Shown in pieces: positions 28,756-39,553 of a DNA stretch of 64,000 bases. How positions within the stretch are numbered: the first letter of the stretch is position 1; each line of letters opens with the position of its first letter. The notes beneath the pieces are model-generated. The model did no database searches, was not told where the DNA came from, and was given only the letters and a program-made list of their open reading frames with translations. The DNA is from Eledone cirrhosa (taxonomy: Eukaryota): positions 8,060,001 to 8,124,000 of the forward strand of contig OZ024759.1 of NCBI GenBank assembly GCA_964016885.1, given 5' to 3'. The position numbers were made by a program, and so were the translations under genes.

Positions 28756-30640
28756 CAAAATATTAATAAATGGATACATTCACATAATCAAAATATGTTT
28801 TATTATATATATATTTTGTTTATTAAGTTAAGTGGTGAGGCTTGTTACTCCAGATTATAAAACATGGATATATATATAACATGTATATAGGTGTGTGTAT
28901 ATATCATCATCATTCATTTCATTTTACGTCCACTTTTCCCTGCTTGGAAGGGTGGGACGGGAACTGATTCTGGCTGGATTTCTACAGCTGGATGCCCTTC
29001 CTAACACCAACCTCAATTACAGTGAGTGGTGGGTGCTTTTTTGCCGTGGCACCTGCACGACCACTTTACAGTGGAATGATAGGGACCCCAGTCCCTATCA
29101 TCTCATTTCTACAGCTGAGTAAACTGGAGCAATGTGAAATAAAGTGTCTTGCTCAAGGAAACAACACATCACCCGGTCTGAGAATTGAACTCACAACCTT
29201 TCGATTGCAAGGCCAATGCGCTAACCACTAAGCCATGTGCCTCCATGTATATTCATATATATATTCATTTATTATATATATTATATATACATATATTCTC
29301 ATATATATATATATATATTATATATACATATATATATATATTATATAAATTCCTATCTTGTTATTAAATTTTTTTAGCTCTCTCCACACAATCTGAATAG
29401 ATAAGAATAACAAATAACTTTTAGATATAATTAATTAATAATCATTAATAATATTTTATAATTTATAAAACTATTTAATGAAAGATAACTTTCAATAGAT
29501 AATAAAATTCATTTACAATAATAAAACAACCCTTCTTTTATCAACAACTTTAAACACTTCCTTAATTACCTCCCTTTCTTATTAACTCCCCTTGAGAATA
29601 TTGTTTCCTTTATTTTTAAAATTCACAACGTTAAAACAATTTAACTTCTCAACCGTCTAATAACTATTAATGGAACTCACAAATAAAGCAAACCCTAATA
29701 TTCCTTAATAGAAAATTTGAAGATAGGAATGCATAGTATAATATATTTACTATAACAACATGGCCAGTAATTCAGTGGAATTTGTCTTTACCAAACATAT
29801 ATCTATAAACTATACACATCTCAAACTAAGAAAATTCTATGGTTAATACATGTGAGTTACACCCAACATATGCTTCTATATACAAACTATAATATAGAAA
29901 TTATTGAATGAAAATTAGCTACCTAATTCAATCACATGCTCTGCATTACATCTCACATAACATATACCTATTTTATATGCCATTTTTTTAAAATTTAAAC
30001 ATTTCTAACACTTGTAACATGCTTTTACATTCCACATGAAATATGCTTGTTTCATTTATTATATAACTCTTACTTCATACATGCCTTTATTAATTTTATT
30101 GACTCTTGCATTATATACCCTTAACATTACCTGATTCCCAATGCTATATCTTTTATCTATCTTATCTTACATCTTTTCTTGATTGCATCTTTTGCACATG
30201 TATTACCTTAAACAATATCTTTTTATACATAATATGCTTAATTTTCACTTTTCACCATTGCTCCTTGTAACTGTGTTTTCTGTGGCATAACATCCTTTTA
30301 TAACTCCTGATTTTCTATATGATGTCTATGACACTGACAATAGTTATGTATCTTTATAAATGTTCTGAAGATTTTAATCACCTGTTTAGACATTCCTTAT
30401 GCTCTGATGATTCCAGACATTCGTCTGGAAGAAACAATTGTCAGCAAATAAATGTATTCAACTAAGATTTCATTGTTTTAATATTTTGTATCTCGGTTCT
30501 GTAATACATTTGATAATTTGCATTGAGCCTTTTCTCCTACCGGTAACTGGCTAGTACTTAGTACTACCCTACATATTTATAATTGTATATAAAACATATA
30601 TAAGTATAAATATTGTTATTATTACTATATATATATATAT

Positions 30641-30688
<48 letters not shown>

Positions 30689-33371
30689 GATATATTAACA
30701 AATGGAAACTATATTTATAAAACCATATTTATTTCATTATACATATTTCAAGGACACCAAGTTAAATTATGGTGTACTTTCATCAGATAAAATATAATAT
30801 AGAGCAGTTTTATAAATAAATATTGACATACCCTTAAAGAATGCGACCATTTAATATAAGTAAATAACTTAATTTCCTTCACGCTGTTTCAATATTACAT
30901 AGAAATGATTTTCTCTGTTTTTTCTAAGATTTTCTCCGAAAAATCTATTAGTTTATGAAAGTTCCTATATCTTAAATTAAAACATCCTTTATTGTTTGTA
31001 TGTATATGTATCTATATGTAGGTGTATGTATATATATTTACATGTATATATATCTATGTGTGCGTATGTATATATATGAATATATTCTTTTAATAATATA
31101 TAGTCTTAATAATATATAGATCTCAATTTTTTAATATATAGATCTCAATAATCTAATTGATAAACTAAACATTTAATCATATTTAAACAATGGTTAAATT
31201 CTCCTATTATTTATGTATTTTCCATTCACGCTTATTTACACTTCTCTACTCATCCATTAAATATTTATTCTTTCACTTCATCTCAAAAGTTAAGCTAATA
31301 CAACAACCTATCACTTAGAGCTTTCGCTTTCTCTTTTCTTTTTTTCTTCTCTTTCTCCTTTTCTTATTTTTCTTATTTTCCTCTTTTTTCTATCTCTCTT
31401 TTTTGTTTCTCTCTCTCTCTTTCTCCATACCCCAACGGCTTATTTAAATCTACTCTGATTTTAAAATATCCGAAACTAATTTACATAATAGTATAAATAA
31501 ATTTATAACCCCACTATCCGGGAGCCTCCAACAGAAATGGTCACATTCTTTAAGGGTATGTCAATATTTATTTATAAAACTGCTCTATATTATATTTTAT
31601 CTGATGAAAGCACACCATAATCTAACTTGGTGTCCTTGAAATATGTATAATGAAATAAATATGGTTTTATAAATATAGTTTCCATTTGTTAATATATCGT
31701 ATTTTTACTCCAATAATTTGTTGAGTTCTTTATATCAGTTATAAAAATATTTGTTTGTTGTATCCCAACAATTTAAATAGAACTTCGACATATATACTCT
31801 TTTACCTGTTTCAGCCATCCGGCTGAGGCCATGCTGGGGCATATATATTCTTTAATAAACATTTTGTTAAAAACAGGAGTAAGCAGGAGAAAGCTCTCTA
31901 CATTCGTTGTGTGTAGTAAAGATGGAGATTCAGTATAAGAATATTAAGATATGTCTGTTGATTGTTAGATCAGACCAAGGAAAGAATGTTTCCATTGGTC
32001 TTTCTATTGTTAATACCTGTTAATTACAACACCTGGTAGAAGAAAGAAGCTGGTCATCAGATCAGACCAAGGAAACAATGTTTCTATTGGTCTTTCTATT
32101 GTTAATACCTGTTAATTACAACACCTGGCAGAAGTGTGGAGCTGGTCATCAGATCAGACCAAGGAAAGAATGTTTCTATTGGTCTTTCTATTGTTAATAC
32201 CTGTTAATTACAACACCTGGTAGAAGAAAGAAGCTGGTCATCAGATCAGACCAAGGAAAGAATGTTTCCATTGGTCTTTCTATTGTTAATACCTGTTAAT
32301 TACAACATCTGGTAGAAGAAAGAAGCTGGTCATCAGATCAGACCAAGGAAAGAATGTTTCCATTGGTCTTTCTATTGTTAATACCTGTTAATTACAACAC
32401 CTGGTAGAAGAAAGAAGCTGGTCATCAGATCAGACCAAGGAAAGAATGTTTCTATTGGTCTTTCTATTGTTAATACCTGTTAATTACAACACCTGGTAGA
32501 AGAAAGAAGCTGGTCATCAGATCAGACCAAGGAAAGAATGTTTCCATTGGTCTTTCTATTGTTAATACCTGTTAATTACAACACCTGGCAGAAGTGTGGA
32601 GCTGGTCATCAGATCAGACCAAGGAAAGAATGTTTCCATTGGTCTTTCTATTGTTAATACCTGTTAATTACAACACCTGGTAGAAGTGTGGAGCTGGTCA
32701 TCAGATCAGACCAAGGAAACAATGTTTCTATTGTTAATACTATCTGTTGTAACAACTGACAGCAGAAGGCAGTGGGATTTGAACTCAGAAAGTACAAAGC
32801 CAGTTCAGTTAAAGTAAATCCTCCCGTCTAATTCTTTAACAATCTACCACTAAATACTGAGGCTGTTGCTTTATTTATTGATCTCTGGAGAGATAAAAGA
32901 TTAAATTGACATCTGCTGGATTTGAACTCACAGTACAACAGAGAACCAGAACAAATATTTAATCTTGGAACACATTGTCACATAAATATAATGTAATCTA
33001 CCTAATACCATATATATATATATATCATCATCATCATCATCATTTCATTTTACGTCCGCTTTTTCCCTGCTTGCAAGGGTGGGACGGGAACTGATTCTGG
33101 CTTGATTTCTACAGCTGGATGCCCTTCCTAACACCAACCTCATTTACAGTGAGTGCTGGGTGCTTTTTTGCCGGGGTACCTCCACGACCACTTTGCAGTG
33201 GAATGATATGGACCCCAGTCCCTATCATCTCATTTCTACAGCTGAGTAAACTGGAGCAATGTGGAATAAAGTGTCTTGTTCAAGGAAACAACACATCACC
33301 CAGTCTGAGTATTGAACTCACAACCTTTCGATTGCAATGCCAATGCTCTAACCACTAAGCCATGTGCCTCC

Positions 33372-33407
<36 letters not shown>

Positions 33408-33519
33408 ATATACATGTGTGTATATGTATATAAAATTCATTTAAGTTAAGTGGTGAGCCTTGTTACTCTGGATTATAACACACGGATCATTTATTATAGT
33501 GAGTCTTGTTATTTTGGAT

Positions 33520-33564
<45 letters not shown>

Positions 33565-34324
33565 GGAGGCACATGGCTTAGTGGTTAGAGCATTGGCCTT
33601 GCAATCGAAAGGTTGTGAGTTCAATTCTCAGACCGGGTGATGTGTTGTGTCCTTGAGCAAGACACTTTATTTCACATTGCTCCAGTTTACTCAGCTGTAG
33701 AAATGAGATGATAGGGACTGGGGTCCCTATCATTCCACTGCAAAGTGGTCGTGGAGGTGCCACGGCAAAAAAGCACCCAGCCCTCACTGTAAATGAGGTT
33801 GGTGTTAGGAAGGGCATCCAGCTGTAGAAATCAAGCCAGCATCAGTTCCCGTCCCACACTTGTAAGCAGGGAAAAGGGGACGTAAAATGATGATGATGAT
33901 ACATATACACAGATATATATGCACTCAAATATGTACACACAAATACACACACACATATATAAAAAGAGGGTATACACACACATATAAACATACATACAAA
34001 CACAAAAACAAAAAGCTCTATACACATGCGCACTTGTATATACACACACACACACACATATATATATATAAATATAACCAATACTGGATTTGAACCATCA
34101 AGACATTTGAGGTATGTCATATATAAATTCAAGTATTTTATCTGACGAGGACGTACTGAAAAAACAGCACACTACCTTCGAAATGTATATAATAAAACAT
34201 ATTTTGATTATGTGAATGTCTTCATTTATTAATATTCTGAATATTTATATATATATACACACACACACGTACACATACATAGCCATACACACATATATAC
34301 ATGCATACACACACACACACACAT

Positions 34325-34378
<54 letters not shown>

Positions 34379-34655
34379 CAAAGGAATTGTGGTAAGGAAC
34401 CAGATGGACCATAACGCACCAGAGTACTCAATACTTAGAGTAGTAGAGTGGGAAATAGGAAAAAGTATGACCCCGACGGCAGAGCTCAAGCCGTTTCGAC
34501 GGCTATTTCTGGACTAAATAGTCCAGAAATAGCCGTCGAAACGGCTTGAGCTCTGCCGTCGGGGTCATACTTTTTCCTATATATACATACATACATATAC
34601 ATACATATATACATGCACATGTACATATCAATATGTGCGAGCCATTGGGAAGTGG

Positions 34656-34706
<51 letters not shown>

Positions 34707-36034
34707 TCTTTTACTGGTGTCAGTCATTAGACTGTGGCCATGCTGGGGCACCACATTCTTGTACTAGTGTCAGTCATTAGACTGTGGCCAAGCTGGGGCA
34801 CCACATTCTTGTACTGGTGTCAGTCATTAGACTGTGGCCATACTGGGGCACCACATTCTTGTACTGGTGTCAGTCATTAGACTGTGGCCAAGCTGGGGCA
34901 CCACATTCTTGTACTGGTGTCAGTCATTAGACTGTGGCCATACTGGGGCACCACATTCTTGTACTGGTGTCAGTCATTAGACTGTGGCCAAGCTGGGGCA
35001 CCACATTCTTGTACTGGTGTCAGTCATTAGACTGTGGCCAAGCTGGGGCACCACATTCTTGTACTGGTGTCAGTCATTAGACTGTGGCCAAGCTGGGGCA
35101 CCACATTCTTGTACTGGTGTCAGTCATTAGACTGTGGCCATGCTGGGGCACCACATTCTTGTACTGGTGTCAGTCATTAGACTGTGGCCAAGCTGGGGCA
35201 CCACATTCTTGTACTGGTGTCAGTCATTAGACTGTGGCCATACTGGGGCACCACATTCTTGTACTGGTGTCAGTCATTAGACTGTGGCCATGCTGGGGCA
35301 CCACATTCTTGTACTGGTGTCAGTCATTAGACTGTGGCCAAGCTGGGGCACCACATTCTTGTACTGGTGTCAGTCATTAGACTGTGGCCATGCTGGGGCA
35401 CCACATTCTTGTACTGGTGTCAGTCATTAGACTGTGGCCATGCTGGGGCACCACATTCTTGTACTGGTGTCAGTCATTAGACTGTGGCTATGCTGGGGCA
35501 ATATACATGAATTTTTTTTTAAACATTTTTTTTTGTCTACTTACATATGGACACAACTGCGAGGAGACGAACGGCAACGCCCGGCTGATCACAGTCAGGA
35601 AACAAAGGTTCAATAATGTAATATGAAAAAGTGAGAGCGACGATGGCCTGTGAACACGGCCTAACGATCATACACTCCACCCAGAGACGCAGGAAAGCCG
35701 GAAACTCGCCAAATGCCTCGAAGATGTAAGCATAGTCGGCACCTGACCGTACTATGAGAGTTCCAAGCTCTGCGTAGCAATAGGCTCCGATCATGGAGAA
35801 GACCCCACAAGCTGCCCAAATAATTAGGGAAGAACCAACACTACCAGCTTCCATTAAAACACCTTTCGGACTCACGAAGATGCCCGAACCAATGATACTT
35901 CCAACGATAACAGTTACTCCATTGAGAAGTCCCATTTTTGGTTTCAAGTTGATTGATGTGTCCTCTGGTACATTGTCTGTATTCGTCATGGCAACTTCCT
36001 CGCTGGCTGGAATCCTAAATCCTTTTTTCGTCAT
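42..36034 (-). CDS. SLC7A8: SLC7-family L-type amino acid transporter light chain (LAT2/LAT1-like), spliced gene, 3' part beyond window start
   Basis: Seven exons join in frame with GT-AG sites. Motifs [46 protein letters not shown] and [20 protein letters not shown] are LAT hallmarks. The exact vertebrate orthologue (SLC7A5 vs SLC7A8) is not resolvable by eye. Confidence 0.9.
160..485. repeat. Tandem duplication of about 153 bp
   Basis: gagatttaccatatatataatagaatatgaactaaccccac...acacatttata occurs twice, plus the start of a third copy. Confidence 0.85.
689..846 (+). mobile_element. tRNA-derived SINE family B, internally deleted copy
   Basis: A-box-like tggcagtatcgg, B-box gagttcaaatcc, tail agtagaaacaa, TSD taatgattttta on both sides. 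Confidence 0.8.
1346..4153 (-). mobile_element. SINE family B copy with its 45-bp head amplified into a ~60-copy array
   Basis: SINE tail at 1346-1450, head array 1454-4152, and a 17-bp TSD atgtgtgtataaataat at 1329-1345 and 4154-4170. Confidence 0.85.
1454..4152. repeat. 45-bp minisatellite with a 315-bp higher-order repeat
   Basis: Unit catggcgtccgaccctctaccgatactgccaatccaccgccctaa. The variant catggtgtccaacc recurs at 1726, 2041, 2356 and 2671. Confidence 0.95.
4183..4286 (-). CDS. SLC7 transporter coding exon 6 ([34 protein letters not shown])
   Basis: Acceptor ttccag, donor GTAAGT, 104 nt, phase 0-2. Confidence 0.92.
4310..4730 (+). mobile_element. Degenerate RTE LINE RT fragment
   Basis: Clearly similar to 14010-14410 (caactaattagagaaag...gatgcagttt, cattatagt), with stop codons. 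Confidence 0.8.
4875..5560 (-). mobile_element. RTE-related SINE/LINE 3' ends with a 48-bp unit repeated about 7 times (5030-5350)
   Basis: ggatgcccttcctaacaccaacc module, (cat)n tails, RTE 3' end at 5405-5560. Confidence 0.7.
5884..6007 (-). CDS. SLC7 transporter coding exon 5 ([10 protein letters not shown]...AAVAV)
   Basis: Acceptor ttgtag, donor GTAAGT, 124 nt, phase 2-0. Confidence 0.92.
6076..7921. repeat. 77-bp minisatellite, about 24 copies
   Basis: Unit tactggtttccatcacaagactgcggccatgctggggcactgccttcatttaatcaatcatatcaaccccagtattt. Period measured at 6121, 6198 and 6275. Confidence 0.95.
8030..9138. repeat. CA-rich ~20-24-bp minisatellite (cacactcacacaaggacata)
   Basis: Direct inspection. 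Confidence 0.95.
9161..9205 (-). CDS. SLC7 transporter coding exon 4 ([14 protein letters not shown]), 45 nt
   Basis: Acceptor ttccacag, donor GTAAGT. Completes the GWNYLNF..EE motif. Confidence 0.9.
11088..11187 (-). CDS. SLC7 transporter coding exon 3 ([34 protein letters not shown])
   Basis: Acceptor tttctacaag, donor GTAAGA, 100 nt, phase 1-2. Confidence 0.9.
11915..15374 (+). mobile_element. Near full-length degenerate RTE-clade LINE (APE endonuclease plus RT with PHD-like insert)
   Basis: APE motifs [22 protein letters not shown] and AGDFN. RT motifs [26 protein letters not shown] and LQWYGHVMR. (tga)n tail. Multiple stops and frameshifts. The 5' boundary is approximate. Confidence 0.9.
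15518..15570 (+). ncRNA. Type I hammerhead-like motif with CAGAAGA core variant
   Basis: agttt-CAGAAGA-tccc gttaa gggt-GAAA-gca...tgc-TT-gaatt. Further copies near 18190 and 53928. Confidence 0.5.
16142..16267 (-). CDS. SLC7 transporter coding exon 2 ([41 protein letters not shown])
   Basis: Acceptor ttttcag, donor GTAAGC, 126 nt, phase 1-1. Not in the ORF track. Confidence 0.92.
16990..17690. repeat. 48-bp minisatellite from the RTE 5'UTR/SINE middle module
   Basis: Unit tgataaaatacacccagtacactctgtaaagtggtagtgttggtgtca, followed by ggcattaagaagggcaaccag. Confidence 0.9.
18165..18570 (+). repeat. Near-identical direct copy of 15495-15910
   Basis: Same composite sequence from gctttcacccttaacagg to gttattgaacc. 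Confidence 0.9.
18870..19400 (+). repeat. SINE family A-like head followed by about 10 tandem 45-bp CORE-like units
   Basis: B-box gagttcaattt, then a repeated unit gtgtccttgagcaagacactttatttcacgttgctccagtccact. Confidence 0.85.
19645..19760. mobile_element. Palindromic (5'-inverted) SINE family B 3' end
   Basis: Inverted arms ttgtttctacgttaggcacaagg...cagtgtattactg and an 18-bp TSD ttatctattttacagtta at 19627 and 19761. Confidence 0.8.
20000..21672. repeat. 48-bp minisatellite, about 35 copies, resembling a TTAA-CCC (piggyBac-type) terminus
   Basis: Unit cattaaccctttcattaccatatttctaatgaaagacactgtctatgt. A similar single end lies on the minus strand at ~37422-37458. Confidence 0.9.
21810..22555 (+). 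mobile_element. Penelope-like element RT N-terminal relic
   Basis: Frameshifted motifs [32 protein letters not shown] and LKLRPIIAG, typical of PLE RT. Confidence 0.8.
22560..23825 (+). mobile_element. 5'-truncated non-LTR retrotransposon RT (CR1/L2-group-like) nested in the PLE relic
   Basis: [44 protein letters not shown] and [10 protein letters not shown]. Frameshifted. Confidence 0.85.
24030..24915 (-). mobile_element. Penelope-like element GIY-YIG endonuclease/3' relic
   Basis: ORF 24389-24736 reads [30 protein letters not shown]...[15 protein letters not shown]. Confidence 0.8.
26246..26430 (-). mobile_element. SINE family B full copy
   Basis: TSD ccttaaaattaaaaataat at 26227 and 26430. 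Confidence 0.85.
27018..27079 (+). ncRNA. Type I hammerhead ribozyme motif
   Basis: ttttgt-CTGATGA-gg..gtactg/cagtac..tt-GAAA-tatata-TA-ataaag. Antisense twin at ~26041-26100. Confidence 0.7.
27915..28600 (+). mobile_element. Penelope-like (Neptune-type) RT core relic with a short 5' inversion
   Basis: [36 protein letters not shown] and YVNTNSNHP. 27813-27880 is inverted relative to 27915-27980. Confidence 0.8.
28905..29244 (-). mobile_element. tRNA-derived CORE-like SINE family A with RTE-derived tail
   Basis: Same consensus as 33565-33900. Confidence 0.9.
30400..30446 (+). ncRNA. Type I hammerhead ribozyme motif (canonical core)
   Basis: tgct-CTGATGA-ttccagac attc gtctggaa-GAAA-caattg-TC-agca, followed by AATAAA. 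Confidence 0.85.
30687..31702. mobile_element. Fold-back element with ~170-bp inverted arms, each carrying a hammerhead motif
   Basis: 30687-30855 is the reverse complement of ~31533-31702. The left end abuts (TA)n. Confidence 0.8.
31593..31657 (+). ncRNA. Type I hammerhead ribozyme motif
   Basis: tattttat-CTGATGA-aag.acacca/tggtgt.ctt-GAAA-tatgta-TA-atgaaata. Antisense twin at ~30730-30795. Confidence 0.75.
31969..32745. repeat. 92-bp minisatellite, about 8 copies
   Basis: Period measured at 31969, 32061 and 32153. Part of the unit matches the reverse complement of 12940-12990. Confidence 0.9.
33024..33371 (-). mobile_element. SINE family A
   Basis: Full consensus, head to head with the next copy. 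Confidence 0.9.
33565..33900 (+). mobile_element. SINE family A (tRNA head, CORE-like middle, RTE-like tail)
   Basis: A-box tggcttagtgg, B-box gagttcaattc, CORE-like gtgtccttgagcaagacact, ggtgttaggaagggcatcc module, and ggacgtaaaa(tga)n tail shared with the RTE end at 15330-15374. Confidence 0.9.
34136..34197 (+). ncRNA. Type I hammerhead ribozyme motif (same family as 27018)
   Basis: ttttat-CTGACGA-gg...ccttc-GAAA-tgtata-TA-ataaaa. Confidence 0.65.
34380..34582. mobile_element. Short fold-back element in (TA)n carrying the 3' half of a hammerhead
   Basis: Palindrome centred at ~34517. Each arm reads GAAA-cggc ttgagctct gccg-TC-gggg. Related copies at 38492, 40141, 51404 and 51900. Confidence 0.75.
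34712..35498. repeat. 50-bp minisatellite, about 16 copies
   Basis: Unit tactggtgtcagtcattagactgtggccaagctggggcaccacattcttg, which shares its core with the 77-bp array. Confidence 0.95.
35545..36034 (-). CDS. SLC7 transporter coding exon 1 (MTKKG...LLAVVSI)
   Basis: ATG at 36034, TM1 motif [15 protein letters not shown], donor GTAAGT at 35544, 490 nt ending in phase 1. Confidence 0.92.
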
Positions 36035-36682
36035 TTTGTCTCAGGTTTTAACAATAAAATGTTGTGAGCAGTGAGGGTGTAGCAAGGGCCGACTGTGAGC
36101 ACAGATGGTGACCACCAAAGATGAAAGTTGTGTAGACAATTAACACCACATACACACGCTAATATTGATAACACAAGACTATCTGTAATGATTATGAGTG
36201 TTGTTCTTTTCGTCAATGTTTCTTTTTAAACATGTTTTATTGTTGTTGGTTTTGTTTTTAAAATCTTCAGGGGTTCAACCTCTTGTTATTCCGCGATGTG
36301 ATATATTTGTTTTTCCCTGGAGGGGATTTTGTTTGTGTTTTTTTTTGTTTCTTTTTGGTTCTTTTTTTTTTTTTTTAGTTATAAATGTGGGTTAAGCTGC
36401 TTTAAAATCCATTTAGTGTCATCACTGGAGTGGGCTGACCGATTGACCAATAGAGAGAGAAAGAGGGAGCCGTCTGTAAATAGCAAGGAATACACTTTTC
36501 AAACAACAGATTAAATAACCATACATATGGAATACTGAATATAGTAGGGGTAGGAGGAGGAAACATAGGAAACAATAAGGGGAGGAGAAAACAGGGACGG
36601 GGGTGGGGACAGTATGTAATTTATGTGTGTGTGTACGTGTGTATATATACACACACACACATATATATATATATGTATACAT

Positions 36683-36723
<41 letters not shown>

Positions 36724-37187
36724 CACACATATATATATATATATATATATGTATACATGCACACACACATATATATACATATATATATATATATGTACAC
36801 ACACATATATATATATATATATATACACACACATATACATATATACATGCACACACATATATATATATATATACACATGCACACACACACATATATATAT
36901 ATATATACATGCACACACACACACATATATATATACATGCACACACACATATATATATATATCATCATCATCCTCATTTAACGTCCACTTTCCACGCTAG
37001 CATGGGTTAGACGTATATATATATATATATACATGCACACACACACATATATATACATGCACACACACACACACATATATATATACACAGTCACAAACTG
37101 TTTATTTTATGTTCCAAACTTAATAATGAGAAAGTTATATTACTAAAACCCTCCAAATTGTTAATTATTTTCAAAATTATTTAGAAA

Positions 37188-37399
37188 GGGCGGTGGATTG
37201 GCAGTATCGGTAGAGGGTCGGACGCCATGTTAGGGCGGTGGATTGGCTGTATCGGTAGAGGGTCGGACGCCATGCTTTGACGCATAGAGTTATGGCCCTT
37301 GCCATTCTGAGTTCAAATCCCGCCGAGGTTAACTTTACCTGTCATCCTTACGGGGTCGATAAACTGGGTATTTGCTGGCCTTGTGCCAAAAGTAGAAAC
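37188..37399 (+). mobile_element. SINE family B with duplicated 45-bp head
   Basis: TSD aattatttagaaa at 37175-37187 and 37400-37412. The head unit is present twice. Confidence 0.85.
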
Positions 37400-38659
37400 A
37401 ATTATTTAGAAATCATGGTGCGTGTCTTTAATTAGAAATATGTTAATTAAAGGGTTAATATATAATTATTTCTGACGCTACTTTTATCATCACCTACTTC
37501 CACCACCACCACGACTCCCGCCTCCACTATTACCACCACCACCACCACACCACCACCCCACTTTCACCAACACCATCATATCACTATCACCACATCTACA
37601 CCACCACCACACCCCCATCTACACCACCACCACACCCCCATCACATCGCCACCACACCATTTCCACCACCCCTACCCCCCTCCCCCACCGCCATTAGCAC
37701 CACCACTATCACCATAACACCACACCACCACCCCACTTTCACCAACACCATCATATCACTATCACCACCTCTACACCCCCATCACATCGCCACACCATTT
37801 CCACCCCCACCCCCACCACTATCACCATAACACCATCTCCACCATACCAACCCCCACTACACCACACCATTCCCCCCCCCGCCATTAGCACCACCACTAT
37901 CACCATAACACTATCTCCACCATACCAACCCCCCACTACACCACACCACCACCACCACCACCATCACCAAAAGTTTTATAGCGCCAGATCTAACATAATT
38001 TCTTATTCTAAGATTTAAGATGCGAAGTCACAGATGTCTGGGAGAGGCTGTTTGCCCTTCACCTCCACCACATCACTACCCCACCACCTTGTCGTCTGGA
38101 AAACTCATGGAAAAACAATGATGATTGCTATATCTATATATGTATATATATATATATTATAAAATAACAGGAGGCTGGACTGGTGTTAATCCTTGAAAGG
38201 TTTATTATACTGTGATCATTTCAATGACAAGGTTCAGTATGAATCCGGTGACATCATCAGGTATTCAAAATATAACAAAGGTATATAAGAGAGAAAATCA
38301 GAGACATGAGGACGACCGACCATTTAGCAGCTTCTACCTCGGTCGGCCGCCCTCAAGTACTCATACCACCAACTACACAAATGAAGACGGGTGAGTTGCA
38401 TTACGTTGAGTACTCTCCGAGGTTGACCATACGGAATGACCAGTTCTATCCAGTGGTGAACCAACAAACCTAAATATATATATATATATATATAGGAACG
38501 AGTAGGACCCCGACGGCTGAGCTCAAGCCGTTTCGATGGCCTACTCGTTCCTATTACACACTCTACTACCCTAAGTATTGAGTACTTTGGTGCGTTATGG
38601 TCCACCTGGTTCCTTACCACATTTCCTTCGTTATATATGTATATATATATATATATATA

Positions 38660-39507
38660 CTCGAGAGAAGGCTACGTTGGTATGGTCACGTGATGCGCAT
38701 GAAAGACGACAGCTGTATAACAAAGTGCAGGGCAATAAAGATAGACGGTAGCCACGGAGTAGGCAGACCCAGAAAAACATGGGACGAGCTGATAAATTCT
38801 GACCTCACACGCTTACACCTCTCCAAGACAATATCACTATCACTGGACCGAGACCTTTGGCGGTACTCAGTAGTAGAGAAGACCCGCCTTACCTAAATAC
38901 AAAGTAAAAACCTACTACAGTCAGTAGGCATCTCTATCAAAACACACCCCCGTCCCACCACCTCCACCCCACCCACACCGCCCCTTTCAATGTAAAGTTA
39001 TGTTGGTCCCACAACATCCAGGCCGAAACAAATGAGATCGTGTAGGTGTCACGACAAAAAACACACAGTCCATGCTGTAAATGTGGCCGTGTAGGCAACA
39101 CGGTAAAAACCTCCCAGCCCCACACTGTAAATGTGGTTGGTGTTAGGAAGGGCATCCAGCTGTAGAAAACCCGCCAGACAGTCCACGCTGTAATGTGGCC
39201 GTGTAGGCAACACGGTAAAAACCTCCCAGCCCCACACTGTAAATGTGGTTGGTGTTAGGAAGGGCATCCAACTGTAGAAAACCCGCCAGACAGTCCTATG
39301 CGAGCAAGACAACCACTCTTGCCTCAAGTGGGAAAACCCCCGTCCAAACCCATGCAAGCGTGGAACACGGACGCTAAACCTGATGATGATGATGATGATG
39401 ATATATATATAGTAATAGTAAAAAATGTGAAGACTAAAATCCGAAGATGGCTTGTTAAGGATTATAAATATATATAAATATATATATATATATATAAAAA
39501 TCTGTTA

Positions 39508-39553
<46 letters not shown>

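Noticed and set aside
28992-29231. Recurrent 79-aa [14 protein letters not shown]... in many copies
   Set aside because: Antisense reading of SINE A with no evidence of coding function.
33565-33640. tRNA gene
   Set aside because: A and B boxes belong to a multi-copy SINE head that continues into CORE and LINE-derived sequence. There is no proper acceptor stem or terminator.
36031-36216. uORF whose stop overlaps the SLC7 start codon
   Set aside because: It begins with TTG rather than ATG, and the transcript 5' end is unknown.
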